A stretch of 63,008 nucleotides of DNA, counting the filler, from Choristocarpus tenellus KU-1152 (Eukaryota; Protista; Phaeophyceae): NCBI GenBank assembly GCA_964200185.2. It is 13 parts of 13 records of this genome, joined end to end, with 100 filler letters (N's around TTAATTAATTAA, not from the genome) between each part and the next. Parts side by side here need not be neighbours in the genome. Positions count along the whole stretch, not along the records: positions 47,038 to 53,458 come from CAXNAD020008177.1; positions 53,559 to 59,157 come from CAXNAD020010285.1; positions 59,258 to 63,008 come from CAXNAD020018157.1; 10 more parts are not named here. One strand, written 5' to 3'. Below, piece after piece: positions 47,038 to 59,477 of this stretch. Each line of letters begins with the position of its first letter. Positions within the stretch are counted from its first letter, which is position 1. Under the pieces are notes generated by a model, which saw nothing but the letters and a program-made list of their open reading frames with translations, did not search any database and had not been told where the DNA came from. The position numbers were made by a program, and so were the translations under genes.

Positions 47038-50000
47038 CTCTCCTCTCCTCGTCCCTTGAATTTTGTCTTCCGTCCTTCTCCCACAAAACCCCCCCTTTCC
47101 CTCGCCTCGATAGCAGACCGTAGAACTGTCAACACCTTGGTAGGAATCTTTTTGCCCTTCCCAACAAGTTTCTCGCAAGTCGAAACAATACCCGCCATGG
47201 GTTCCCAGCTTACGTCTTTAACCTGCTTCGGTTTCCCAGTTCGCCCGGATATATCACCAGCGTGCATGTAGCCTTCGACAAAAGTACTTTTCCCGTCTTT
47301 TCACGGGTCAGAAACGCGGCGTTGTCACGCGTGTGGTCACTGGTCGGCCGAAGCCAGTGAAGATCACCCCATGCTCCCCGTCGTCACCAACGCGCTCCGC
47401 TAGGATCTTGCCGACCAAGAGCGGTGCCTCCGTTGCCACAAAAAAGGTAAACCTGCCTTCCTGCATAGTGACGAGGTTTCGATGGTTTGCCGATCTCAAT
47501 GTAGCACGAGGCAAACCCCGTCGACGGAAGCCAGCCTCTTCCGTGTCACTGTCCGATGAGGAAGAGTCTGTTTCCTTGAGCCCGCCGAGATCATTGTCAC
47601 CGCTGACGAGATTACCTCCTCCACCCGAACGTTCGCCCTCGTCAGTGTCTTCAACGTCACTGGTACCAGTTCCAGCGCTATCGTCATCGGTGGGAAGCCA
47701 ATGGACTGGGAGGTCGAAATCTCGTTCCCCTGTCTTTTTGAGAAGCCGCACAGACTCGCTTTGCTCGTGTTTCGCTCTCTGAACGACTTCATCGTCTGTG
47801 AAGGTGGATGGCATGAGCACGAGAACATAAACGGTATGGAAACATGACTGTGACTTTGAAACCAGCCATAAGGTAACATGAAGGCGCTCGGGGAGCATGT
47901 AGTGAGAGGGAGGGTGTAGATTTCGTCGGATTCGTCGCTGTTGAGTACAAGACCGGTACCCTCGAAACAATTATCGCCGGTAATCTATAGTACTTGTTTA
48001 TCGTGACACGCGACGATCACTACGCATAAGATTGGAATAATTTTCTAGGTTATTTTTGTAAAGACTGTAAAGGCTGCCTCTTACAGAATTTTCACCAGAT
48101 TTTTTTGGCTGCCACCCAATACAAAAATTGGCCATCAACTCCCCTCACGAAATGTTCGACTTACCCAGTGGGTACGCAGCAGCAAGGCGCTCGTGCGACG
48201 CCTGGTACTGCTGCTCCACCTTCAGGATGACGTCTTCGGGAATGCTCTTGAGCTGGTAGGGGGGTGCATCTTGGAGACGAGGCAGGTGGCCGATGAAGAG
48301 GTCGTGCAGAGGGGCGTTGGGATCAATAGCAACGTTGGTGCCTATCCCATTCAATGTGGTGCTGTGCATGTATTGTTTTACGCTAACCTTAACCCGCCCA
48401 TCACCGCCTTTTTCAACACGGAAAGCCCTGTAGCTCATGATGTTGGGAACACGGTTGACGTGACCGCGAAGGAGTCCCTTGAAGTTGCCCTTGTTCCGTA
48501 GGTTCTTGCAGTAGACTGGAACCTCCGTGTAAGAGGCCTGCAGCTCTTCACCCAGCTGTGTTCTTGTGAAGATGTTCTTCCCTTTGATACCACGTGAGAA
48601 CCTGAAGGTGAAATGCAAGCAAGTTAATTTTGAGGCAGGCGTGAAATAAACATGGGTGAGACGCACATGTGCTTGTGAACGTTCAACCCCATAGAAGACG
48701 CAATGTTAGAAGAATAGGCGGCGATCCACGTGGGGAAGGAGAAAGGAATGGTTGGATTGTCTCCAGGTGGGGTATGTGGTCGAATCGGTACTGCAGGCGG
48801 CGGAAGAAGGTGCAGGAGGTTTCATGACGATGTGGATTTTTGTGGACAGATGATGCTAGGCGTAGCTATGGGGAGGACGAAGAGCTTAGCCAAAAGCCGT
48901 CATGGTCGTTTCCTCGCGAGAAGGATTGACGAAGACAGAGAGCCGCTGCCCTTGCACTCTTGTCCGGTGTAGATGGGTATTACTTTTTGTATTACATGCC
49001 AACATAGGATGTGTTGGATTTGGTGTAAAATAACATAGAAGGGGAGAAGCAACATATGTATGCAGGCATATGCTCTGATGCATGTATATGGAAGTATAAA
49101 TATAAAAAGGGGTGATGCGTACATTTTTTTTTGTGTTGTTTCGAGACTAGGTTACAATACAGTTTTGCCAGCTGCTCTTCTCGTGCTATTTTGTTGTGGG
49201 GTAATCAAAAGTCAATCAATCAATTGCAGTGTATGACCATAAACCTTGCAGAGTGGAAACAAGCGTGAACTGCAAGCCTCAAGGCAGTATCTGTCCATGT
49301 AAAAACACCATGTGGCTATCGCATTCACGGTGCGTGCCTAATTACGTGGAGAAGATCTGATCGATCTTGATGTGCGTGTGTCCCACCATCATAAAATGTA
49401 TCTCGACCACACGAATGACACTCGCCGCAACCAACAGCCCCGCACATCCGAGAAAGAAATTGTTCTTGTTCTCTGAGACGCAGTTGTCGACCTGGGTAGT
49501 TTGGGGAGTGGGGAGCGAGGGAGGGATAGGCGGGAGGCCGATATGTCAGCCCATTTCACCACGTTTCGTGGAGAAACAGGGCGTGTTTCCAGTAGTGCTA
49601 GAGCACAAGCTCTACATCACCGACATCATACACGCAAGTTGCAACCCACAAACCAACACTAAATACCACGCAGTTAGTTACTTGGTGGCCGCTATTGAGC
49701 GAGTAGATTGCAAGTAGGTCGTCTCAAGATGAAACTTTCTTACCTGCCAATGCGCGTGCTGGATGATGCAACCCCCCTGCGTGATCGAGGCTGTTGTGGT
49801 ACTTGTCGATAAGCCTTGTGAGGGCAAGGTGGGTGGCTGTGCAGACAAGGTTACAATCTGCGCGAACGATAATGTCTGCCGTTAGTTGGCAAATAGTACT
49901 CTGCTTACTTACGCATTGTTTACTTGGAGCTAAAAAGAGGGGTAATGCAATGTGTTTTTGCGATGTAGAGCACATACACCCGACTGGCTGATATAGATGT

Positions 50001-53000
50001 CTGTCGGTTTCCCTCCTCCTTGATTAGCTCTTACGCTCCTCTCGCCCTTCCGAAGCTGAGGCGTAAGAAGGCAGGGGAGCACAGCACATCATCAGTTAAT
50101 CGACTGTTCACCAGGCCTACGGTATCTGTAGGCAAATCGTGCAAGGATGTACTCTCCTCGGGTATCTAACCTGCGGCGGGTCCCCTCACCATGACGGTCA
50201 ATCAAGTGGTGCGTGCGCAACCAGCATCTATTCGGTCGTGTGATTGTTGTGCCACAACCCACAATACGTACCTCCTCCAAGACTTTGAGGAGTGAAGAGC
50301 ACCTCCGCCAACTGGCCTTCGACGTGTGCGGCCATGATCTTCTGGCGCTCGGAGTAGCCCCTGATAACAAGGACATGAACCAAAGAAAGGTGTAAAGAAA
50401 GGTGTAAAGAAAGGTGTCACGGGACGTCATCATCATGATGAACGGAATAGGTAGTGGAATTATGTGCGTCTGTTTTGGCGGTTATTTCTTGGGACTTTGC
50501 ACTCACGCGTTGAATAAAACAGGGTGGTCTATTCTGTTCTGCGTGCGGCTGCAAACTTGTTGACAAATTGACTATGCGTGCGTGTGGTTACCTGTCACCA
50601 CCGTGGGTAGGTGGGTAAAATCCTGGGAGGCGTGGGATGTCTGGTTCGCCGCGTCTACAGACATGAACATGAAGCCGAGAGGTTTACCGTCGGCTTTGGC
50701 CCACATGGCGCTGCTGGTGTTGTTGGCGATGACCAGCCGATCCTCGTGGATAATCTGGCGAACGGGGGAGAGCAACATCACATCTATAAATCAAACAAAT
50801 CTGCTTGGAGGTGTAAAAAAATGGCCACTTGTTAACACATACCAGGTACGTGACAAAAATCGAGTGTAGGTAACAATAAATATTTGTCTTTGCTCCTATT
50901 TTTTACTGCTGCATTCAAGGCAAAGACAGTATTATCGGCACAGGAGCAAGTATGTACGTACGGGGTTGGAAGACCGCAACATGACATGTCCCTCCCACAG
51001 CCCGTTGTAGACGACCAGGAAACATTCCATCACACAAGGTGTTTGGGCAACTAATAACAACAGTTTGGCACTGAGAGAGGCTGCTGATGCTTCCATAAGC
51101 ACCTGCATCGCAGTCTTCATTCGCAAAAGGCAACAAATGTTGTTCCCAATGGAGGGCAATGACGGTGACATGTTGCTACTGTACGATTGTCGCAAAATTA
51201 ACGCTGGACACCTACCTTTCGATGGTCTGACAGCTCCTTGTCGATGGACTCAAGGACGGTGGAGTCGTTCGTGGGTTTTACACCAGGCGCACCGTGCCGC
51301 TTCTCTTTTAACGTGACACATATGTCACATTTCATAAATTCGCCCCCTACCCTCCCCCTGATGTTGGGCCTGTCCTCTCTGAGCAATCGGAGGAAGTGCG
51401 TCTTGCTTACCCGCTTGGAAGTGTCGTCAGGATACACCCTTATTGCCTCTTTGCAAAAATCCTTGTATAGCTCCTAATTAATAATGTTGTTGCGTGGACA
51501 AGTGAGGAGTTATTGAGAAGGAACACTCGAAGAACACCGCTGCATGATCTCTTGAAGGCGGGATGACCAATAACTTAACTGACAACACGGAAAACAGGAT
51601 CAAGAAAGCTTGCATCGTGCGTAATGAAAGAGCAAAAAGAACTATCTTCGTAAATCTGCCACGAGCGCCATTCTGTTCGGGTCTCGCCGCCGTTTGCAGA
51701 AACGTAAAGGAGGTGAATCTACCATCATCATCATCATCATCATAGCGAAGTCCTTGAGACATACAAAGTACACACTTTTGCTACCAAGGTCAGACCGGGC
51801 CCGGGACCGCAGAGTAGGTATACACAGCGGTGATATAACAGTTACTGTGCCTTCCTCTGTAAAATCGACGAAGAGTATCATCATCATCATTGTAGTCTTG
51901 ACAATACAAAGAAAAAAAATAGTACTTCGTACAAAGCTTCGAATTTTTTTTTAACCATAATCTCAGACCGGTCAAAGTAATAACCACCCACCACTTGAAA
52001 TACTCCTTCAATCCTCTTCTTCTACGTACTGCTGGGTCACACGGTTTGCAACTAACTCCAACGCAGGGTGTGGCCAACCTCTCCACAACCAAGGGCAAAA
52101 CCTACCTCTTTGTTCGCGGCGTAGATCACAATTGTGGTCTTGTGAGGCATGAACTGCCCGTACGTATCCGCCCAGTAGTCTATCCAGGACATCACCAGAT
52201 CTCGCTTCGGAGCCATGTCCTTCTCTTTGTTCGTGCCCTTCCTGATGTAGTAGCGCACGTATGTATATATGGGTGGGAAGTGTGTTGGAGGTGGATATAA
52301 GGGACGGGGGATGGAATCGTAGAGGAATCATAGGCCGGCAGCGGATCTCTAATTCTGTAGGTATTTACGCGTGGTAACTGGAGCAGCAGAGCAAGGACGG
52401 CCTGATGAGGTGATATTGTTGAAGCATGAATAAACATATCACACATATACATACACATATATGTAACACATAACTCCACACTGGAGGGATCTCTAACTTT
52501 CTACATCAGACATCTAGGTATGGTAACTGCAAACTGAATGTGGCGAGTACGGTAGGATTACATTGTTCTCAGATAGGACTACTGTTCAATTATCAAGCAG
52601 GCGAAAATATATACCGGGTACAGATAACACTGTGTACATACATCAAACCCACCTCCACGCCGGAGGATGCTCTTGCGTTAGGTGTACCTTTGCAAGCGTC
52701 GATGACATGATTGGATATTCCGAACAATGCCTTGAAAAACTGTGTACAAACGGGAAAGCCGACCGCGAGCATAGATCCGCCTCCAGGCCCCAACTTAATG
52801 CCAGGTACACGGTCACCAACGAAGAACTTGCGGTCACGGCGGTTCTCACACGCCCGGATGATGTCCTACTCTTTGGCCAACGTGCGGGCAAGGAAGGACT
52901 CGCTATCTGCCGCGAACTTCTTCACACAGGCTAAGCGCTTGCAGCAGTCACCCTGTTCATTGACCGGGGTGGGTTGAGCCCATTCTCGGCGAAGCTTGGC

Positions 53001-53126
53001 ACCGGTCGCTGAAGCGTCATTGGTAGAAAGCTCCAGCGCATCGTTGTTGGTGGGCTGATGAGGGGGCAATGCAGGGGGTGGCGCAGGCGACAAAAGCCAC
53101 CCCCTTGCTGTGGGAGCAACTGTCAT
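47038..53126 (-). pseudogene. Intron-rich Sola1-type (DUF7869-like) DDD transposase, recently disabled
   Basis: Exons: about 53126-52653, a small exon near 52401-52369, 52241-52106, 51473-51216, 50754-50592, 50360-50272, 49857-49744, 49491-49346, 48601-48165, and 47795 to contig end. Motifs: CCKRLAC..F, VCTQFFKALFGIS, GQFMP, FMKCDIC, FMSVDAANQ, QVDNCVSENKN, FMMVGHTHIKIDQIFS. One TAG at 52866-52868 and several 1-nt frameshifts. Confidence 0.82.
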
Positions 53127-53179
53127 AGTGTTTTCGGGCAACAGGTGGTCTTGAGCAGTGAGAAGGTCTAGGAGTGAAT

Positions 53180-53395
53180 TGAATTCGAAGCCGAGCGTAC
53201 AATGTTTGAGTTTGAAGAGACCCATCGGACCAAAATGAAATCCGTGTTCTGGAAAGCGTGTTTATTCTTGCTGTGACGAAATAAAAACTAGATTCTAATC
53301 TGGTTTCAGGCAACAGTTGGTCTTGGACACGATGTAATTAAATTCGAAGCCGGGCGTACGATGTTTGAGTTTGAAGAGATCCGTCAGACCAGAAA
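53180..53395. repeat. About 55-bp direct repeat pair upstream of the transposase
   Basis: AATTCGAAGCCG(A/G)GCGTAC(A/G)ATGTTTGAGTTTGAAGAGA at about 53182 and 53341. Confidence 0.85.
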
Positions 53396-53398
53396 AAA

Positions 53399-53458
53399 GA
53401 GCCAAAGTATCTTAGAGAGTAGAGCCGCGTCCATTTGGGGGCCAAAATCCAATGTTGC
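53399..53458 (-). mobile_element. MITE family B right end (reverse) at contig end
   Basis: GAGCCAAAGTATCTTAGAGAGTAGAGCCGCGTCCATTTGGGG. Confidence 0.85.
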
Positions 53459-53558
53459 NNNNNNNNNNNNNNNNNNNNNNNNNNNNNNNNNNNNNNNNNN
53501 NNTTAATTAATTAANNNNNNNNNNNNNNNNNNNNNNNNNNNNNNNNNNNNNNNNNNNN

Positions 53559-53628
53559 AACCCATGGGAAGTCAAGCCCCAAATGGACAAACAGGGCAAA
53601 ACTCGTACCCTCTAAGATACTTTCACTC
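53559..53628 (-). mobile_element. MITE family B left end (reverse) at contig start
   Basis: CCCCAAATGGACAAACAGGGCAAAACTCGTACCCTCTAAGATACTTTCACTC. Confidence 0.85.
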
Positions 53629-54049
53629 TCTGTCTGTATTGTGTGTCGTAGAATGTTTATTTGGTGATATTTGCTTACTTTGGTATGGGCCACCCTACCT
53701 ACTTGTACCTCAATAACCTGTGATTAGATACAAGTTCACGCTCCACTATATCCTCTAACCTGCGAACTACCTGTTGCATTAATACAGCTATATTTTTTGT
53801 CCTGTTTATTTATTTTTTCTTCACAGGATGGAATTAGCCGTTCCACCCCTTGTCGATCAATATTGGTGCGGATAGCATACCCGAAAAATCGCCGCACTGT
53901 CTAGTGATTGAATAGGCAGAAATTCGCCGCATTGGTGGTGATCGGGTACATGGATATCGGCCCCATAGCTGGTGTGGTAAGAAGGGAGGTATTATGTAGT
54001 ATCAGATGAGTGGTATGATATCAGTCGAGGAAGAGTGGAGTAGATGTAA

Positions 54050-54620
54050 GGCTAAGACAAGGCCAACAAGTTTTCAAGAATTCATGAGGAAAGTAAAATG
54101 ACTTTAGGCTTGTGTGTAGTCCTTGACCACAATACCGGGATGGCGATATCAATATCATAATTTCGTCGCGATATTTTCTCAGTCCTTGTAAACACTGGGA
54201 CAGTGGGCCTCACCTACTCTTGGGATTCATCCCTAAGATACTATGAACAGTGCCGAAAGATTGCCCTGTTATGCCCACACACCATTATTTCATGCAGGCC
54301 TAGTTCGTCGCCTTTCTTGGTCCCTTCTTCTCCATGTCTGGCAACTTAATTGAAAAATCGAACCTTCTCTTGCTCTATTGTCCACCTTCGTGGGGGCCTT
54401 AATCTTCACATTGTCCCGACTCTCCGTTGCCTTCTCTACAGCAAGTCTTAAGCCACCATACGGGTTTCCATAATATATGTGTGTACTTCGAAGTAGTATG
54501 ACTTTCCGTATACGTGGAAAACCACTCCTACCAGAAAAGGCCTAGTGAAACTCTCTTGTTTGCCCATCAGGCTAAACCTGAGTGAGGTCTTTGCCCTGCT
54601 ACAATGTTTAACTCGCCCAC
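54050..54620 (-). mobile_element. Very decayed Copia RT-end/RNase H-like remnant
   Basis: Faint similarity only: GVVFHVYGKSYY resembles L.VYADADY, and N*VARHGEEGTKKG resembles EYVAM.EG.KE. Confidence 0.3.
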
Positions 54621-55179
54621 CATATGAGAGGGAATACTCGACGATACTGTGGAAGTAGATGACTACAATGTCTTTTATCTCTATTCAATTTCTTAACCAA
54701 TCAGAAACGCAGTTTCTCGTTTTTGTTTTGTTGGTGTGAACTACCCATTTTTTAATTTTTTCTATAGAAGCTCGTATTCACAAAACATTACCCTATTCCA
54801 TCTGCTGTTCAGTCTTCCGCTGGCCTTACAGCAAGTGCATCATCCTTCACTCCCTCCCAGAGTGGTGACAGAGGCCACTAATATGTTGTGAGCTTGTTGC
54901 TGCCTGTTGAGTACCATATGGGAGGTTTGGGCCTTTAATGTACGTTCATTTTGAGCTCCTTGTGTCTGCTCCTCCTCCCATTGGGTCTTGAGAGTACCTT
55001 GTCAACGATGACACTCGCCTATAGTCTCGAGCAGATATTATGTCTAGACTAAGCTGGCCTCACAAAGAAACTCTCTTATTCCATGTTTGCTATCCCCAGA
55101 CGACGAGTTTAACTGCAAGCTTGCAAACCATTATATTTTCGCTACGATGCATTGTATGCAGTACTATCCTTCGCTACGA

Positions 55180-55348
55180 GATTATTGAGGGGGGGGGGGG
55201 TTACTCCAGGTTATCGATTTGTGCCATGACTAGTAAAAGTGCACTTACATTATCCATCTGACGTATGCAACCAAATCACACAAAATTAGCGACATGAAAA
55301 GTGGGCCCCAAATGGACAGTCGCCACACACCCCCAGATACTTTGAACC
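55180..55348 (-). mobile_element. MITE family A, diverged reverse copy
   Basis: TCCATCTGACGTATGCAACCAAATC..GCGACATGAAAA..CCAAATGGACAGTCGCC..CCCAGATACTTTGAACC. Confidence 0.8.
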
Positions 55349-56712
55349 ACTTGCTGTCCCTGCGAAAAAAGAGTTGCAAGGTTACTCAATTTCTGTTCAA
55401 GCATCAGAGAAGCGTGGGGTGAGAGTTATTGTTTCTTAGTCCCGATGCCCTTTGGCTTCCAGTTATATGGTTGGGGGGAGTAAGCGTTTGTGGTACCCTC
55501 TACGCGAATCTGGAAGATATTGAATCACAAGCAAGAATACCTGGTAATAGTGTATATACATTGTTGTATTCGTTGGGAAAGGTGTTGAGGACAAGCAACG
55601 ATATGGGAAAAAGGAGGAAAAAATCACAAAAACATACGACATAATTTGAAAACCCTTCATGGCTTTTACAACTACTATCGAAATCGCCACAATAATTGTG
55701 AGCACAATGGGAGAAAGTTTCAGCCTCAAATACGTCATTGCCTTGAGGTTCTTGTCGTTTTTTTTAAAGGCTTTTCAACCGTCGAGAAAGTTAGCACGGA
55801 AAACCACGACCTCACCACGTTAAAACAGTTGATAGCTGTGGATAAGCCTACTTAGAATGCGCTGATACTGGACCAGGCTGGAGAACGGCCCGATTAGAAC
55901 ACATTGGTAACAGGCCAGTCCACGGCTCATTTATTTTCTCGTAGTTGACGGTCCTCCATAATAAAATATTTTTGGTGGACCAGCCCTGGTCATGGGATAG
56001 GCCAGTCCAGTGAAAATTGTTAGCCCGACTCCCAAATTATCTTAGATTGAGCTACATAACGAAAATATATATTACATATTTGTATTGAGATTAGAACCGA
56101 ACTTTTTTAATTGTGAAAGCATCTCCTTTTTTTATTGGGATATCATAGAGTGACCCTTTCGTTTTTGCGCGACCTTCCTACACACGACAATGTATTTACC
56201 CCAAAAAATCGATATCTGTGGGTAGGTAGTTTGAAAGTAATCCTCTCTTGTAGGGGAGTCTATTTCATTTATTTAGGGCATTTAATATAGGGTCGTTTTA
56301 GCACCCTGCATCGTCCCTAATATGTGAATGATTATATAGTACATGTTCTTGTTCGAAAAATTATTATTTTGGGGTTTGCTGTTTGTAGGGGTGTGTGTGA
56401 TGCATCATTTGTTCGTATTTGGTGCTCTACAGACTTGTATTGAATGTAATGGAAGCACCAAATACTTGGTGAAATAGTGTTGAGTTTAGCATGAAACCGT
56501 TACTTTGCAGAAATGATATCTCCAGTTTTCTGGAGAACATTTCGAGAACAGTCTAGTTTTCTAGACTTGTTGTATGGAAGCATATATTATGATTGAGACG
56601 TTTGGGACTGCTGGGAGTAGGGTTGTTCTAGACGACTGTTAGTGGGAGTAGTAGTAGAGAGAACCCTACCAACTCACTTCCAATCTTGACCAAGCAATTC
56701 AGGTCTACTCGA

Positions 56713-56972
56713 GACCCAGAGCATTTAAGAGGGTAGGGCCACGTCCGTTCGGGGTCATAAATCCAATGTTGCGATTTTGATGAACTGTAGCTATCGTGTT
56801 TGTTAGCAAGTGTCAATATCCTTGCTACGGATACACCTTTCATAGTCGTATATATTTTCGGTAACTGTGTTCACACAGAAAACTGAAAAAGGGCATAAAA
56901 AAACTGTTGGGGAAGTGAAGCCCCAAACGGATAAACAAGGTAAAGCTCTTGCGCTCTTAAATGGTTTGGGTC
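56713..56972 (-). mobile_element. MITE family B, diverged full reverse copy
   Basis: Collinear with the reverse complement of 32748-33009 (AATCCAATGTTG.GATTT.GATG, GCTATCGTGTTTGTTAG, GGGAAGTGAAGCCCCAAA). Confidence 0.72.
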
Positions 56973-57200
56973 AGAGAGAGACTATTGCAGAAAGGGTAGC
57001 CGTATGGGCAAATGAGATATAATTTATATGAAGTATTGTATATCAACAATCGTCTGGGGCACGCCTGTGACAGTCGGAGTTTATCTCAATTGTCAAAGGA
57101 AGAAGCCGTGTCAGTGTTCAATGGAATATATCTGAACATCTGGTTCAGTTGTGAACTGAAAAAATGAAGACTGGATATTCTGACATCGCGGTAGAGTGGG

Positions 57201-57583
57201 TGCAGTGCACAGGGGAGATGTCCTGTCTTTGGGGGTCCCAACTGTTCTTAGGTAACCCACACTATCATACTTTTTTTTACATATTAGCGTTAGGATTTGG
57301 GTTAGGGTTTGAGCTAGATTCTCGAGATTAAGTTTGAAAAAGTGAAGAGTGGTGCATCCTTTAGAGGTTGTGGTTCCTTCGTGCACACAACGCTCCTTCA
57401 CCACTTCTCGTACAATGTTTTCCTTGGCTGGCTAGGGATATTTTTCACACACAAGTTAGGGTTAGGGTTAGAGATAGGATTACGTTTTCAAAATGGGTGC
57501 AAAGAAGAGGGTATAATGGCATTTGGGGTTCCCCAAGGACAGTGGGCGCTTCCGAAGAGAGAGGATATCCCCTGTGCACTGCA
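57201..57583. mobile_element. Non-autonomous TIR element containing TTAGGG-like repeats
   Basis: TGCAGTGCACAGGGGA at the left end and TCCCCTGTGCACTGCA at the right, with an imperfect inverted repeat of about 55 bp. Internal GTTAGGGTT and GTTAGGGTTAGGGTTAG tracts. Confidence 0.7.
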
Positions 57584-58452
57584 ATAGGTAGGTTTTTCAG
57601 CGCCCAGCTCAATCATCTGTGTGTAGTACCTGAGTACAGTTCCAGCAACTACTGATACTACATAGTCGTAAATTGTATGTGTTGTTTTGTTTGCATAATA
57701 TCTGAATGAGCCATTGTACTCCTAGCACTCATGTTTTCCCACTAATACATACTCCAGACTAATTATTTTGTTGTTGTAATGCCCTGTGCTGTGCTTTTTT
57801 CACAACACTCTTTCACAAATTTTGGTGCATGAAGGGGTACGGACATTGTGTGCTGATGCACTTTTGTGTACATGTGGTGATATGTTACTTGTAATGCACT
57901 TGTGCAGTGAAGTCTATTGAGTGCGTCCCGATTGACCTTTCAATTAGACTTGAACAGTCAGACAAGGTATCTGACACACCACACAACGAGAGACCTCCAT
58001 ATGAACCTGTAACTGGACTAGAGACAACTGTTCTTCGTGTGGGATGTAGTAGATGTGAATCTCCCTGTGACAAGGTTTTGATACTGTGAGCATGAGTGGG
58101 TGATTGATAGTTCAATCCCTCCGCTGTCATACAAGGGACAAGAAAGTACTCCCCTTAGTGCTATGTACTCTGAGTACGGTGGTTAAATATAGAGTAGTTA
58201 ACAATATTATGTGTTAACTACATGCGAAGTTGTTATCCTCGTATGGTAGTGAAATTGGTACATTTCTTGTAATTGTTTTTTTTTGTGGAAGTCCACCTCC
58301 TATACGTATGCAAAAAGATTGTACTACTCAATAATGTGATTTTTGTCGGTGTCCTTTTTTTCTCGAAACCCCCAGGTGTTACTGATCTATGTGACTATGA
58401 GCAACATGCTCTCCTCCCTGGATAGGCTGTAGACCTGGTAATGACCTACTTC

Positions 58453-58758
58453 TGTTACAGGCGATATGTCTTGATGGCGGTTTGATAAACACCATTATGA
58501 GATTGAAGTTCTAGATTTGATATATTTGTACTACTTGACTATTTATTTATTATTTGGTCATTATGGTCCCCGATTGTGATAAGACATCGTGGATCAGTTC
58601 CTTTTATATGATGATATTGATGTTAATTCAAGTGAGAGATCCAGCATACCTGACGACTTGTGCATCAGGAGTCCTATACGTACATCAGTATCATCTATAG
58701 GCCCGTAGATTGGAGCTATACATCCTGTGAAGGTAAGCTTTGAGGGGCGCCTGTAACA
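58453..58758. mobile_element. Solo LTR (family L3), 306 bp, 4-bp TSD CTTC
   Basis: CTTC|TGTTACAGGCG...CGCCTGTAACA|CTTC, with perfect 11-bp inverted termini and AATAAA on the minus strand. Partial copies at 34750 and 44059. Confidence 0.85.
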
Positions 58759-59134
58759 CTTCCTCTCCCCTAATTTGCCAGTTATCTGTTGCACAAATTG
58801 CAGATGTTTTTTAAACCGTAAACCTACTTGCAGCCCCCACATTGTTCGTTAAATTGTAGAGTAGATTGTGCTCGTCAGGATTCGTTTTTTTCTCCTACAG
58901 ATGTTTGTTGCTAGTTTCAATGCTGCTCGGAGCATAAACCTGTGCTTCGGAAGGTATGCTCTGATTTGTTTGCCAAGCCCTGTCTGTTGCTAATATTGCT
59001 ACCTGGTAATGCTTGAGGGGCAGGGAGAGGGCGGGGTTGGGGGGAACTGGTATCGGCTATTAGGTCATGACTTGGCTTGACTGGGGGCAGAGGGTGACTA
59101 TCAACTACTGGGGAGAACAAAAAATGCTTGATTT

Positions 59135-59157
59135 GGCTCAAAGTATCTGAGGGGGGT
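59135..59157. mobile_element. MITE family A TIR at contig end
   Basis: GGCTCAAAGTATCTGAGGGGGG. Confidence 0.75.
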
Positions 59158-59257
59158 NNNNNNNNNNNNNNNNNNNNNNNNNNNNNNNNNNNNNNNNNNN
59201 NTTAATTAATTAANNNNNNNNNNNNNNNNNNNNNNNNNNNNNNNNNNNNNNNNNNNN

Positions 59258-59477
59258 CGTCATCAGACACGTCAAAATGTGTCTGTGTCAGTCGCACTAC
59301 GTCAGCCACTTATATTGAACAAAATAAGAAAACAATCAATCGAAACTAGAACCTGCTACTCTAAGCACACCAAAACAAGGCCGTGACCCTTACTCTACTC
59401 AGTCGGAACTTCTATTGTATCTTACTATTCATTAAACACATAAGAACCTATACACTGCCTAGAGCCTATATTGCACA
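59258..59477 (-). mobile_element. LTR family L2, partial copy
   Basis: Similar to 42170-42426 and 46090-46361; ends TATTGCACA at 59477. Confidence 0.7.

Noticed and set aside
53399-53628. One family B MITE spanning the linker, or the TIR of the Sola-type element
   Set aside because: The outer flanks (aaa and tct) do not form a TSD, and the TIR at 53399 starts an element running away from the transposase.
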